A stretch of DNA of 63,833 bases from Isurus oxyrinchus (GCA_026770705.1 JANJGN010000150.1:992168-1056000); one strand, 5' to 3'. Positions 51,858 to 62,617 are shown, counted from the first letter of the stretch. Notes: a model not told the origin generated them from the sequence alone. Numbers and translations are program-made.

Positions 51858-53565
51858 GTAATATCATCGTCAGCTCAGACAGTTTTATGGTTAATAGCCT
51901 TTGTAAAAGGTCATTCTTATTGATTTGTGATAGGGAACTGATTCAGCAGTGAGCCAGTGTACAAACTCACACCATATCCCATTCACCCATCACCCCTGTG
52001 CTCACTGATGTACACTGACTCCCTGTCTGACAGCAGAATTGGAGGAGAGCAGAGGTCTTGGAGGGTTGTAGGGGCTGGAGAAGGTTACAGAGTTGGGCAG
52101 GATTGTAGCGGCGAGATCAGAAGTCGGGCGTTGGCCAGTGAGCGAAGCGGAGTGATAGTTTGAGCAGGAAATCAGGGATGAAAACTGGGGGATGAAGTCT
52201 ATCCCGATGCTAAGACTATGATAGCTATAAGCTGAAATTAGTGTCTGTTGCTGATTTTAGTCAGAATTTCCCATGAAGACAACACAGCAGCTCCTAGAAT
52301 AGACAGGCTGTTCAGTGTCACACTTCCTGTCCATTCTCACCTTGCTAGAAACTTTGATAAGGGAGCAAGATAACTGAAAGAGAGAAGGGAGGTAAAGCTG
52401 TCTGTGTGTAAAACTGTCAAATATTCTGAGTTATCATGATTGTCTCTGACCTGCTGCAGAGTTTAAATTTCATAGAATCTGAGCACTTTGCAGCTCAGAG
52501 AGAGACTATTGACTCACTGCCTGAAAGGGCGGTGGAAGCAGATTCAACAGGAACTTTCAGAAGGGGAACTGGATAACTACTTGAAGGGGACATTTTGTAG
52601 GGCTGTGGAGGAGAGAGCAGAGGTGAGATGGGAATAAGTGGACAGATCTTTCAAAGCCTCAACTATTCACAATCTACATTAGTGACTTGGATGAAGGGAC
52701 TGACTGGACTGTAGGCAGATTTTCTGACTGTATGGTGCAGATAGGTACGAAATATATAAGCTGGGCAGGAAAGCAAGTTGTAAGGAGGACACAAAGAGGC
52801 TGCAGAGGGAGATAAATAGTTTCAGTGGGTGAATAAAAAAATGTGTGGATGGAATATAAGGCATGAAAATGTCAGGGTGTCCAGCTGATTCTATTTGTTC
52901 TGTTCTTATATTCTTATACAGACACAGGGTTTACTGACAGTGCACAGCAAAGTGCTGTTCTCTCACTTTGTTCCAACTTCCTCATTTTGTCTCACAGTGA
53001 CACATCAGCTCTTTCTAAATAAACACACAGAGGGAGCAGCACAGGAAGAGGTCATTCAGCCCAAGCAGAGCGTGTGGGCAGTTCCTCCCCAGGCGAGCAG
53101 TCGGACAGCTCCTGGGTAAGTAACGGAACGATTGGAATTCACTTCCACCACCAACACCGTCCTTTGTTGATGTTGTGACTTTATAAGGACAGATTCCAAT
53201 GATTGATGCCTTTGAAAGATTTCTACTGATTATTGAGATCTGGGTGTGAGGCTCAAGTCTGTTGTACAGAACATCTTTCTAGCTCAATAGATGAGGGAAG
53301 TGCAGAGACATGAGATTTGGGATGTCCTGAGGTGGAGAAAGGTGCTATAGGAATGCAAGTCCTTCCTTGTTTTTCTTTCTTTAAGCCATATAACTCTCTG
53401 TAGAGCACCTATCATCCCACAGAGAATCAAATTAGTCTATGAAGACATTGTCTAAAAGCAGTTCTGATCTCTCGAGTGCTGTCGGACAAGAGGTGAGGTC
53501 TCATTAACTCATTTCTCTTTCAGAGCTTGAGAGTGAGAACCTGATGAAATATCTGGGAGTGGACA

Positions 53566-53605
53566 ATGATTGGGAAATCTTACTTCCTCCTGTCACTTCT
53601 CCAAG
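53566..53605 (+). CDS. Leader exon coding part, unit 26: MIGKSYFLLSLLQ
   Basis: Intact ATG, frame and donor. Confidence 0.55.
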
Positions 53606-55325
53606 GTAATATCTTCAGCTCTGACAGATTTATGGGTAATAGTCTTTGTAAAAGAGCATTCTTATTGATCTGTGATTGGGAACCGATTCAGCAGTGACAC
53701 GGTCTACAAACTCACACCAAGTCCCAATCACCGAACAGCCCTGTGCTCACTTATATACATGGACTTCTTGTACGACAGCAGAATTGGAGGAGAGCAGAGG
53801 TCTTGGATGGCTGTAGAGTCTGGTGGAGGTTACAGAGTTAGACAGGTTTGTAGAAGCTAGAGCAGAATCTTAAAATTCAATAGCTGTCGGACCTTTGTCA
53901 GTGAGCAATGGGGATTGAAGGGTCGAGTAGAGAAGCAGGGATAAATAATGGGGGATGAAGTCCGTCCTAATGTGAGGTCTCCGATATCAATGGCCTGAAA
54001 TATGTGCCCGTTGCTGCCTTTATTCGAAATTGCCCATGAAGACAACACAGTAGCTCCTCGAATAGACAGGCTGTTCAGTGTCACACTTCCTGTCCATTCT
54101 CACCTTGCTAGATACTTCAATAAGAGAGCAAGATAACTGACAGAGAGAAGGAAGGCAAAGCTGTCTGTGTGTAAAACTGTCAAATATTCTGAGTTCTCAT
54201 GAGTGTCTCTGATCTGCTGCAGAGTTTAAATTTCACAGAATCTGAGCACTTTGCAGCTCAGAGAGAGACCATTGACTCACTGCCTGAAAGGGCGGTGGAA
54301 GCAGATTCAACAGGAACTTTCAGAAGGGGAACTGGATAAATACTTGAAGGGGACATTTTGCAGGGCTATGGAGGAGAGAGTAGAGGTGAGAGTGGGAATA
54401 ATTGGACAGATCTTTCAAAGCCTCAACTATTCACCATCCACATTAGTGACTTGGATGAAGAGACTGACTGTACTGTAGGCAGATTTTCTGACTGTGTGTT
54501 GAAGATAGGTAGGAAATATGTAAGCAGGGCAGGAAAGCAAGTTGTGAGGAGGGCACAAAGAGGCGGTAGAGGGAGACAAATAGTTTTAGTGGGTGGACAA
54601 AAAATGAATGGTTGGCATATAAGGGGCGAAATGTCAGGGTGTCCAGCTGATCCTACTTGTTCTGTTCTTATATTCTTATACAGACACAGGGTTTACTGAC
54701 AGTGCACAGCAAAGTGCTGTTCACTCACTTTGTTCCAACTTCCTCATTTTGTCTCACAGAGACACATCAGCTCTTTCTAATTAAATACACAGAGGAGCAG
54801 CACAGGAAGAGGTCATTCAGCCCAAGCAGAGCGTGTGGGCAGTTCCTCCCCAGGCGAGCAGTCGGACAGGTCCTGGGTAAGTAACGGAACGATTGGAATT
54901 CAATTCCACCACCAACACCGTCCTTTGTTGATGTTGTGATTTTATAAAGACAGATTCCAATGATTGATGCCTTTGAAAGGTTTCTACTGATTATTGAGAT
55001 CTGGGTGTGAGGCTCAAGTCTGTTGTACAGAACATCTTTCTAGCTCAAGGGATGAGACAACTGCAGAGACATGAGATTTGGGATGCCCTAGATGGTGAAG
55101 AGCACTATTGAAATGCAAGTCCTTCCTTGCTTTTCTTTCTTAAAGCCTTGTAGCTCACTGCAGAGCACCTATCATCCCGCAGAGAACCAAATTAGTCTAT
55201 GAAGACATTGTCTAAAAGCAGTTCTGATCTCTCGAGAGCTGTCGGACAAGAGGTGAGGTCTCATTAAATCCATTTTCTTTCAGAGCTTGAGAGTGAGAAA
55301 CTGATGAAATATCTGGGAGTGGACA

Positions 55326-55365
55326 ATGATCGGGAAATCTTACTTCGTCCTGTCGCTTCTCCAAG
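55326..55365 (+). CDS. Leader exon coding part, unit 27: MIGKSYFVLSLLQ
   Basis: Intact ATG, frame and donor. Confidence 0.55.
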
Positions 55366-57086
55366 GTAATATCATCAGCTTGAACATTTTATGGTTAATA
55401 GTCTTTGTAAAAGAGCATTCTCATTGATCTGTGATTGGGAACTGATTCAGCAGTGAGCCAATGTACAAACTCAAACCAAGTCTCATTCACCCATCAGCCC
55501 TGTGCTCACTGGTATACACTGACTCCCTGTCTGACTGCAGAATTGGAGGAGAGCAGAGATCCTGGATGGTTGTAGAGGCTGGAGGAGGTTACATACTTAG
55601 GCAGGATAGTAGCAGCGAGAGCAGAATCTTAAAGTTCAGGTGATGTCGGACATTGGACATTGAGCAATGGGGATTGATGGGTTGAGTAGAGAAGCAGGGA
55701 TAAATACTGGGGAATGTAGTCTATTCTGCTGCAAGGTCTCCGATAGCAATGGTCTGAAATTTGTGTCCTTTGCTGCCTTTATTCAAAATATCCCATGAAG
55801 ACAACACAGCAGCTCCTAGAATAGACAGGCTGTTCAGTATCACGCTTCCTGTCCAGTATCACCATGCTAGATACTTCAATAAGGGAGCAAGATAACTGAA
55901 AGAGAAAAGGAAGGTTAAGCTCTCTCTGTGTAAATGTCTCAAATATTCTGAGTTCTCATGATTGTCTCTGATCTGCTGCAGAGTTTAAATTTCACAGAAT
56001 CTTAGCACTTTGGAGTTCAGAGAGAGACCATTGACTCACTGCCTGAAAGGGCGGTGGAAACAGATTCAACAGGAACTTTCAGAAGTGGAACTGGGTAAAT
56101 AGTTGAAGGGGACATTTTGTTGGGCTGTGGTGGAGAGAGCAGATGGGAGAGTGGGAATAATTGGACAGATCTTTCAAAGCCTCAACTATTCACAATCTAC
56201 AATGGCGACTTGGATGAAGAGACTGACTGTACTGTAGACAGATTTTCTGTCTGGTGCAGATAGGTACGAAATATATAAGCTGTGCAGGAAAGCAAGTTGT
56301 GAGGAGGGCACAAAGAGGCTGGAGAGGCAGATAAATAGTTTCAGTGAGTGGATAAAAAAATGAGTGGTTGGCATATAAGGAGGGAAAATGTCAAGGTGTC
56401 CAGCTGATCCTATTTGTTCTGCTCTTATATTCTTATACAGACACAGGGTTTACTGACAGTGTACAGCAAAGTGCTGTTCTCTCACTTTGTTCCAACTTCC
56501 TCATTTTGACTCACAGTGAAATATCAGCTCTTTCTAATTAAATACACAGATGGATCAGCACAGGAAGAGGTCATTCAGCCTTAGCAGAGCGTGTGGGCAT
56601 GTTCCTCCCCAGGCGAGCAGTCGGACAGGTCCTGGGTAAGTAACGGAACAATTGGAATTCACTTCAATGACCAGCACCGGGCTTTAGTTGATGTTGTGAC
56701 TTTATAAAGACAGATTCCAATGATTGATGCCTTTGAAAGATTTCTACTGATTATTGAGATCTGGGTGTGAGGCTCAAGTCTGTTGTACAGAACATCTTTC
56801 TAGCTCAAGGGATGAGGGACGTGCACAGACATGAGCTTTGGGATGTCTTGAGGTGGTGAAAGGTGCTATAGAAATGCAAGTCCTTCCTTGTTTTGTTTTC
56901 TTAAAGCCTTGTAACTCTATGTAGAGCACCTATCATCGCACAGAGAATCAAATTAGTCAGTGAAGACATTGTTTAAAAGCAGTTCTGATCTCTCGACCGC
57001 TGTCGGACAAGACGTGAGGTCTCATTAAGACCTTTCCCTTTCAGACCTTGAGAGTAAGAAGCTGATGGAATATCTGGGAGTGGACA

Positions 57087-57126
57087 ATGATCGGGAAATC
57101 TTACATCTTGCTGTCACTTCTCCAAG
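57087..57126 (+). CDS. Leader exon coding part, unit 28: MIGKSYILLSLLQ
   Basis: Intact ATG, frame and donor. Confidence 0.6.
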
Positions 57127-58244
57127 GTAATATCATCGTCAGCTCAGACAGTTTTATGGTTAATAGTCTTTGTAAAAGATCATTCTTATTGATCTGTGAT
57201 TGGGAACTGATTCAGCAGTGAGCCAGTGTACAAACTCATACCAAGTCCCATTCACCCATCACCCCTGTGCTCACTGATATACACTGACTCCCTGTCTGAC
57301 AGCAGAATTGGAGGAGAGCAGAGGTCTTGGAGGGTTGTAGGGGCTGGAGGAGGTTACAGAGTTGGGCAGGATTGTAGTGGCGAGATCAGATGTCGGGCGT
57401 TGGCCAGTGAGCGAGAGGGATGATGGGTTGGGCAGGAAATCAGGGATGTAAACTAGTGGATGAAGTCTATCCCGATGCTAGGACTATGATAGCTATAAGC
57501 TGAAATTAGTGTCTGTTGCTGATTTTAGTCAGAATTTCCCATGAAGGCAACACAGCAGCTCCTAGAATAGACAGGCTGTTCAGCATAACACTTCCTGTCC
57601 ATTCTCACCATGCTAGAAACTTTGATAAGGGCGCAAGATAACTGAAAGAGAGAAGGGAGGCAAAGCTGTCTGTGTGTACAACTGTCAAATATTCTGAGTT
57701 CTCATGAGTGTCTCTGATCTGCTGCAGAGTTTAAATTTCACAGAATCTGAGCACTTTGCAGCTCAGAGAGAGACCATTGACTCACTGCCTGAAAGGGCGG
57801 TGGAAGCAGATTCAACAGGAACTTTCAGAAGGGGAACTGGATAAATACTTGAATGGGACATTTTGTAGGGCTATGGAGAAGAGAGCAGAGGTGAGTGTGG
57901 GAATAATTGGACAGATATTTCAAAGCCTCAACTATTCACAATCCACATTAGTAACTTGGATGAAGGGACTGACTGTATTGTAGGCAGATTTTCTGACTGT
58001 ATGGTGCAGATAGGTACTAAATATTTAAGCTGGGCAGGAAAGTAAGTTGTGAGGAGGACACAAAGAGGCTGCAGAGGGAGATTAATAGTTTCAGTGGGTG
58101 AATAAAAAAATGAGTGGATGGAATATAAGGAATGAAAATGTCAGGGTGTCCAGCTGATCCTACTTGTTCTGTTCTTATATTCTTATACAGACACAGGGTT
58201 TACTGACAGTGCACAGCAAAGTGCTGTTCTCTCACTTTGTTCCA

Positions 58245-58384
58245 GCTTCCTCATTTTGACTCAGAGTGGCACATCAGCTCTTTCTAATTAAATACACAGA
58301 GGGACCAGCACAGGAAGAGGTCATTCAGCCCAAGCAGAGCGTGTGGGCAGTTCCTCCCCAGGCGAGCAGTCGGACAGGTCCTGG
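58245..58384 (+). promoter_or_regulatory. Unit 29 (gene-proximal) putative promoter / non-coding first exon
   Basis: gcttcctcatttt ETS site, tgactca AP-1 site, caggaag and cagttcctcccc ETS cores, donor gtaagt at 58385. Confidence 0.55.
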
Positions 58385-58834
58385 GTAAGTAACGGAATGA
58401 TTGGAATTCACTTCCACGACCAACACTGTCCTTTGTTGATGTTGTGACTTTCTAAAGACAGATTCCAATGATTGATGCTTTTGAAAGATTTCTACTGATT
58501 ATTGAGATCTGGGTGTGAGGTTCAAGTCTGTTGTACAGAACATCTTTCTAGCTCAAGGGATGAGGGAAGTGCAGAGACATGAGATTTGGGATGTCCTGAG
58601 GTGGTGAAAGGTGCTATAGGAATGCAAGTCCTTCCTTGTTTTTCTTTCTTTAAGCCATGTAACTCTCTGTAGAGCACCTATCATCCCACAGAGAATCAAA
58701 TTAGTCTGTGAAGACATTGTCTACGAGCAGTTCTGATCTCTTGAGAGCTGTCGGACAAGAGGTGAGGTCTCATTAACTCCTTTCTCTTTCAGAGCTTGAA
58801 AGTGAGAAACTGATGAAATATCTGGGAGTGGACA

Positions 58835-58874
58835 ATGATCGGGAAATCTTACTTTGTCTTGTCGCTTCTCCAAG
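58835..58874 (+). CDS. Downstream Siglec-like gene: gene-proximal leader exon coding part (unit 29), MIGKSYFVLSLLQ; exon probably 58793-58874
   Basis: Branch-like cattaac plus tttctctttcag acceptor; acaATG; G|gtatta phase-1 donor; joins the V exon to give a signal peptide MIGKSYFVLSLLQVGLS followed by QEWKG... Confidence 0.8.
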
Positions 58875-60046
58875 GTATTATCGTCAGCTTGGACAGATTT
58901 ATGGTTAATAGTCTTTGTAAAAGAGCATTATTATTGATCTGTGATTGGGAACCGATTCAGCAGTGACTCAGTGTACAAATTCACACCAAGTCCCAATCAC
59001 CGAACAGCCCTGTGCTCACTTATATACACTGACTCCTTGTAAGACAGCAGAATTGGAGGAGAGCAGAGGTCTTGGATGGTTGTAGAGTCTGGAGGTGGTT
59101 ACAGAGTTAGACAGCTTTGTAGCAGCTGGAGCAGAATCCAGGTGCTGTCGGACTTCGGTCAGTGAGCGATGGGGATTGACGGGTTGAGTAGAGAGGCAGG
59201 GATAAAAACTGGGGTATGAAGCCTATCCTAATCTGAGGTCTCCGATATCAATGGCCTGAAATTTGTGTCCTTTGCAGCCTGTATTCAAAATTGTCCATGA
59301 AGACAACACAGCAGCTCCTAGAATAGACAGGCTGTTCAGTGTCACACTTCCTGTCCATTCTCACCTTGCTAGATACTTCAATAAGGGAGCAAGATAACTG
59401 AAAGAGAGAAGGAAGGTAAAGCTGTCCGTGTGTAAAACTGTCAAATATTCTGAGTTATCATGATTGTCTCTGACCTGCTGCAGAGTTTAAATTTCACAGA
59501 ATCTGAGCACTTTGCAGCTCAGAGAGAGACCATTGACTCACTGCCTGAAAGGGCGGTGGAAGCAGATTCAACAGGAACTTTCAGAAGGGGAACTGGATAA
59601 ATACTTGAAGGGAAATTTGCAGGGCTGTGTGAAAGTTGCTGGAGAGGAATTGGGAAAGAGTCAGCACAAGCACGATGAGTCAAATGAGCTCCTCCTGTGT
59701 TGTATCATTCAACAATCAGACAATTTAAGACCCTTATTAGCAAATCTTCAGAATCCTGCTGAATCATAGATGTTTCAGAAGGACAGGGAACAAGAGGTTT
59801 CTGGTATCAGCGTTTCATGTGGGGCCCAGTTCAGTTTGAACAAATATACAACACCATCTTTGAAAGTCATGAACCCACCACAGCAGCACCTCCAACACAT
59901 GCAGAGCTCAGGCGAGAGGCGCTTTGTTAGTGTGTTTCACAGGGTCTGCTGGAGTAGGGTCAGTGCTGAGCTTGGGGACAAGTCAGTCTACAATGCTGCA
60001 TCGGAATCAACAATACAACAATATGGGGTTTGGATCAGAAATAATC

Positions 60047-60158
60047 CCTTAGACAATGAGGATCCAAAGAGATTCCTTAGACAATGAGGATCCAAAGAGA
60101 TTCCTCAGACAATGAGGATCTAAAGAGATTCCTTTGGCAGTGAGAATCCAAAGAGATT
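60047..60158 (+). repeat. 4 x 28-bp tandem repeat (ccttagacaatgaggatccaaagagatt)
   Basis: Copies start at 60047, 60075, 60103, 60131. Confidence 0.9.
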
Positions 60159-60309
60159 TCTTATTCCATTGGTTGTCTAACTGGGGTCCATGATTTTCCA
60201 AGGGGTCCTTGGCAGAATGAAATTATCGAGCAATAGTGTGTAAAATACCAGAGAGAACGGGAAAGGTGGGATAAATGGAAAACTGTTCACTCTGTTTACA
60301 CTAATGGGA

Positions 60310-60570
60310 GTCAGTCTCAGTAATGGAGACCATGAAACTATCATCGATTGTCATACACACCCATCTGGTTCACTAATGGCCTTTAGGGAAAGAAATCTGC
60401 CGTCTATATCTGGTCTGGCCTACATGTGACTCCAGACTGATGGGAACTTGTCTGACTCTTCAACAGTCCTCTGAAATGTCCGAGCAATCCCCTCCATTCG
60501 AGGGACATTAGGGATGAGCAGCAAATGCTGGCCTTGGCAGCGACGCCCACATCCCATGAATGAATACATT
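60310..60570 (+). mobile_element. SINE body/3' part with CR1-type LINE-derived tail
   Basis: 'ctggttcactaatg..ctttagggaa.gaaatctgccgtc...tacatgtgactccaga...agggatgagcagcaaatgctggccttggcagcgacgcccacatcccatgaatgaata'. Confidence 0.7.
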
Positions 60571-61348
60571 TACAAAATCTTATTACTTGGAAGGTGCAAG
60601 TGCAGGTTGTTATGATCCTTGAGCAGACCCTCTCAGCACTGACCCTACTCCAGCAGACCCTGCGAAACACACTAACAAAGCGCCTCTAGCCTGAGCTCTG
60701 CATGTGTCGGAGGTGCCGCTGTGGTGGGTTCATGACTTTCAAAGATGGTGTTGTTTATTTGTTCAAACTGAACTGGGCCCCACACAAAACGCTGATACCA
60801 GAAACCTCTTGTTCCCTGTCCTTCTGAAATATCCGTGACTTCAGCAGGATTCTGAAGAGTTGCTGATGGAGGAACAGGCACCCAATTTTTTGGGATAATT
60901 TACAGTTAGGAACCAATAATATTTTGTTTCAAGTAGATGAGGTTTGAGATTTAAGATGCTTGCAAAGAGAATAAAGCTACAAGATTCCATGGCTTTTAAA
61001 CAAACAAAAATAAACTTTACTGCACCAGTTCAGAAAGATAAAATAATTCACAATATCCACCTTATAGCCTAATATTCTGTGAAGAGAATAACTAGAGGCC
61101 GAGTGATTGGTGATTCCTTAAACATTGAAGAGGGAATGAACACCAATCAGATTGAATCAGATTAGCCAATCAGCTGTATTGAAGAGCAGACAGGAATGTT
61201 AGGCTAATTAGTGATTTATGACGGTGATAATGGGGGGAGTTCTGAGGGCTCCTAATCCATTGTCCTGTCTTGTAAATCAGCACTGAATGGATCTCAATGG
61301 TGCGTCTTGTAGACACTGTGTTGGGTGGAAGACTGGCTTCACTAAGGG

Positions 61349-61615
61349 GAAGCGGTAGCAGAGAGGTATTGTCACTGGGCTAGTATTCCAGAGGCCCAGG
61401 GTGATGCTCTGGGGCCCTGGGTGTGAATCCCATCACGGCAGATGAATGAAATTAAAAAGCCTGGTTCACTGATCACCTATAGGGAAGGAAATCTGCCACC
61501 CTTACCCAGTCTGGCCTACATGTCACTCCAAACCCACAGCAATGTGGTTGACTCTTAAATGCCTCTGATGGGTATGGGATGGGTAATAAATGCTGGGCAC
61601 ATGCCATTAACGAAT
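61349..61615 (+). mobile_element. tRNA-derived SINE (head with degenerate B-box, LINE-derived tail)
   Basis: Head 'ggtagcagagaggtattgtcactgggctagtattccagag...ggtgtgaatcccatcacggca'; body and tail match 60310-60570. Confidence 0.65.
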
Positions 61616-61848
61616 AATTTGAAAAAAGCTAAACAGGGTCCTGAGGACCATGAGCCAATGTAGAATGAACTTGTCCACTCCTGTGTCCAGGATTCTCTTC
61701 CATCCAATGTGAAACCTTGGGGAGATCCCTGTGTGTCCTGTAGATGGTCCACACTGCAGCACTGTGCCCCAGTGATGGAGGGAGTGGATATCGAATCCAG
61801 TGGATCTACAAACCATCCAGAGTTAAATATTGATATTTCTCTCCCCAG

Positions 61849-62217
61849 TTGGACTGTCACAAGAGTGGAAAGGTGACACTCCACGAGAGGTGACAGCGCA
61901 GGAAGGTTCGTGTGTACAGATTCCATGTCATTACAGTTATCCATCACATTTGGAAAACCAGCCACGAGTCGGAGTCTGGTTTAATAACGAGAATCAGATT
62001 CCTGGATCTCCCATAGCCTTTCACTCCAAGGATCACAGTCACGAGTTACCACGGTTCCGCCAACGGACCCGGCTGTCTGGAGACCTGAAAGATGGCGACT
62101 GTTCCCTGATTATAAACAACATCAGACGGGAAGATGCAGGACCTTATTTTTTCAGAATAGAATTTGACCGAAGTAATAGATACAACTACTATCCTGTAAC
62201 CCGGCTTCACATTTCTG
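61849..62217 (+). CDS. Downstream Siglec-like gene: N-terminal V-set Ig (sialic-acid-binding) domain exon
   Basis: tttctctccccag acceptor, G|gtaagt donor, phase 1-1. Siglec hallmarks: EGSCVQIPC, E-strand Cys GDCSL.I, no F-strand Cys, DAGPYFFRIE with the essential Arg (62154-62156), G-strand aromatics RYNY. Confidence 0.95.
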
Positions 62218-62617
62218 GTAAGTGCTGTGTTATAATTACTCAACAATTCACATTCAACACTCAATGGGAAATAACACAAACTGTGACGTTTACGTATTAA
62301 CACAAAACACAGCTTATTATAACACACTGTCTGATTCTCAATAACCTGGTGATAGCTTCCAGTTCAGTCCTAAAGCAACCTTTAATACTCACTTTAATAT
62401 CAATGATTAAATGTATTGACTGTGTCCATCAATGTTATCAGGTTATCCACTCTCATCAATCTCCCTAATCCTGTTTAAAAATATTTCCTGATCATTGTAA
62501 CCTCTCAGATCTGATATCATCCTTGTAAAAGTGCTTTCTCTTGTGGGACTGTGACTTCTATTTGAACTGATGCTTCATGTTATATTTCTCTAAAAGGATC
62601 CATTCTCTGTCTGTTAG

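Larger units (their letters stand above)
9699..59660 (+). repeat. Tandem array of 29 units (~1.72-1.76 kb; four ~1.53-1.54 kb), each carrying the putative promoter, first exon and leader exon of the downstream Siglec-like gene
   Basis: Landmark exon-1 donor 'cctgg|gtaa' at 10159, 11877, 13614, 15357, 17119, 18867, 20629, 22388, 23928, 25690, 27448, 29194, 30952, 32700, 34462, 36221, 37747, 39495, 41257, 43016, 44557, 46306, 48068, 49827, 51368, 53116, 54877, 56636, 58385. Confidence 0.97.
59736..60867. repeat. Inverted repeat: ~235-bp arms (59736-59970 and 60632-60867) around a ~660-bp spacer
   Basis: Left arm tcttcagaatcctgctgaa...ggagtagggtcagtgctgag is the reverse complement, with scattered mismatches, of ctcagcactgaccctactcc...ttcagcaggattctgaaga. 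Confidence 0.92.

Noticed and set aside
9699-59660. Array as antigen-receptor-like V segments or protocadherin-like variable ectodomain exons
   Set aside because: No Ig or other domain-sized exon and no convincing RSS heptamer-spacer-nonamer in the unit. cacagtg occurs but without a properly spaced nonamer. Only a 13-codon leader is coded.
9699-59660. Array as a tandem ncRNA gene cluster (5S, U snRNA, tRNA) or CRISPR array
   Set aside because: No recognisable structured-RNA sequence in the unit; eukaryotic context; units are 1.5-1.8 kb with no short repeat-spacer pattern.
11297-59769. Recurrent ORFs (MQLRERPLTHCLKG..., MIGNRFSS..., MYKLTP..., MCLYKNIR...) as a tandem protein-coding gene family
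   Set aside because: Most start at non-ATG codons, have stops or frameshifts that vary between units, and show no recognisable domain. The MQLRERP family is an off-frame read of the CR1 3' remnant. They recur only because the DNA is repeated.
60047-60158. 28-bp repeats as a CRISPR-like or regulatory array
   Set aside because: Four directly abutting copies with no spacers; an ordinary slippage minisatellite.
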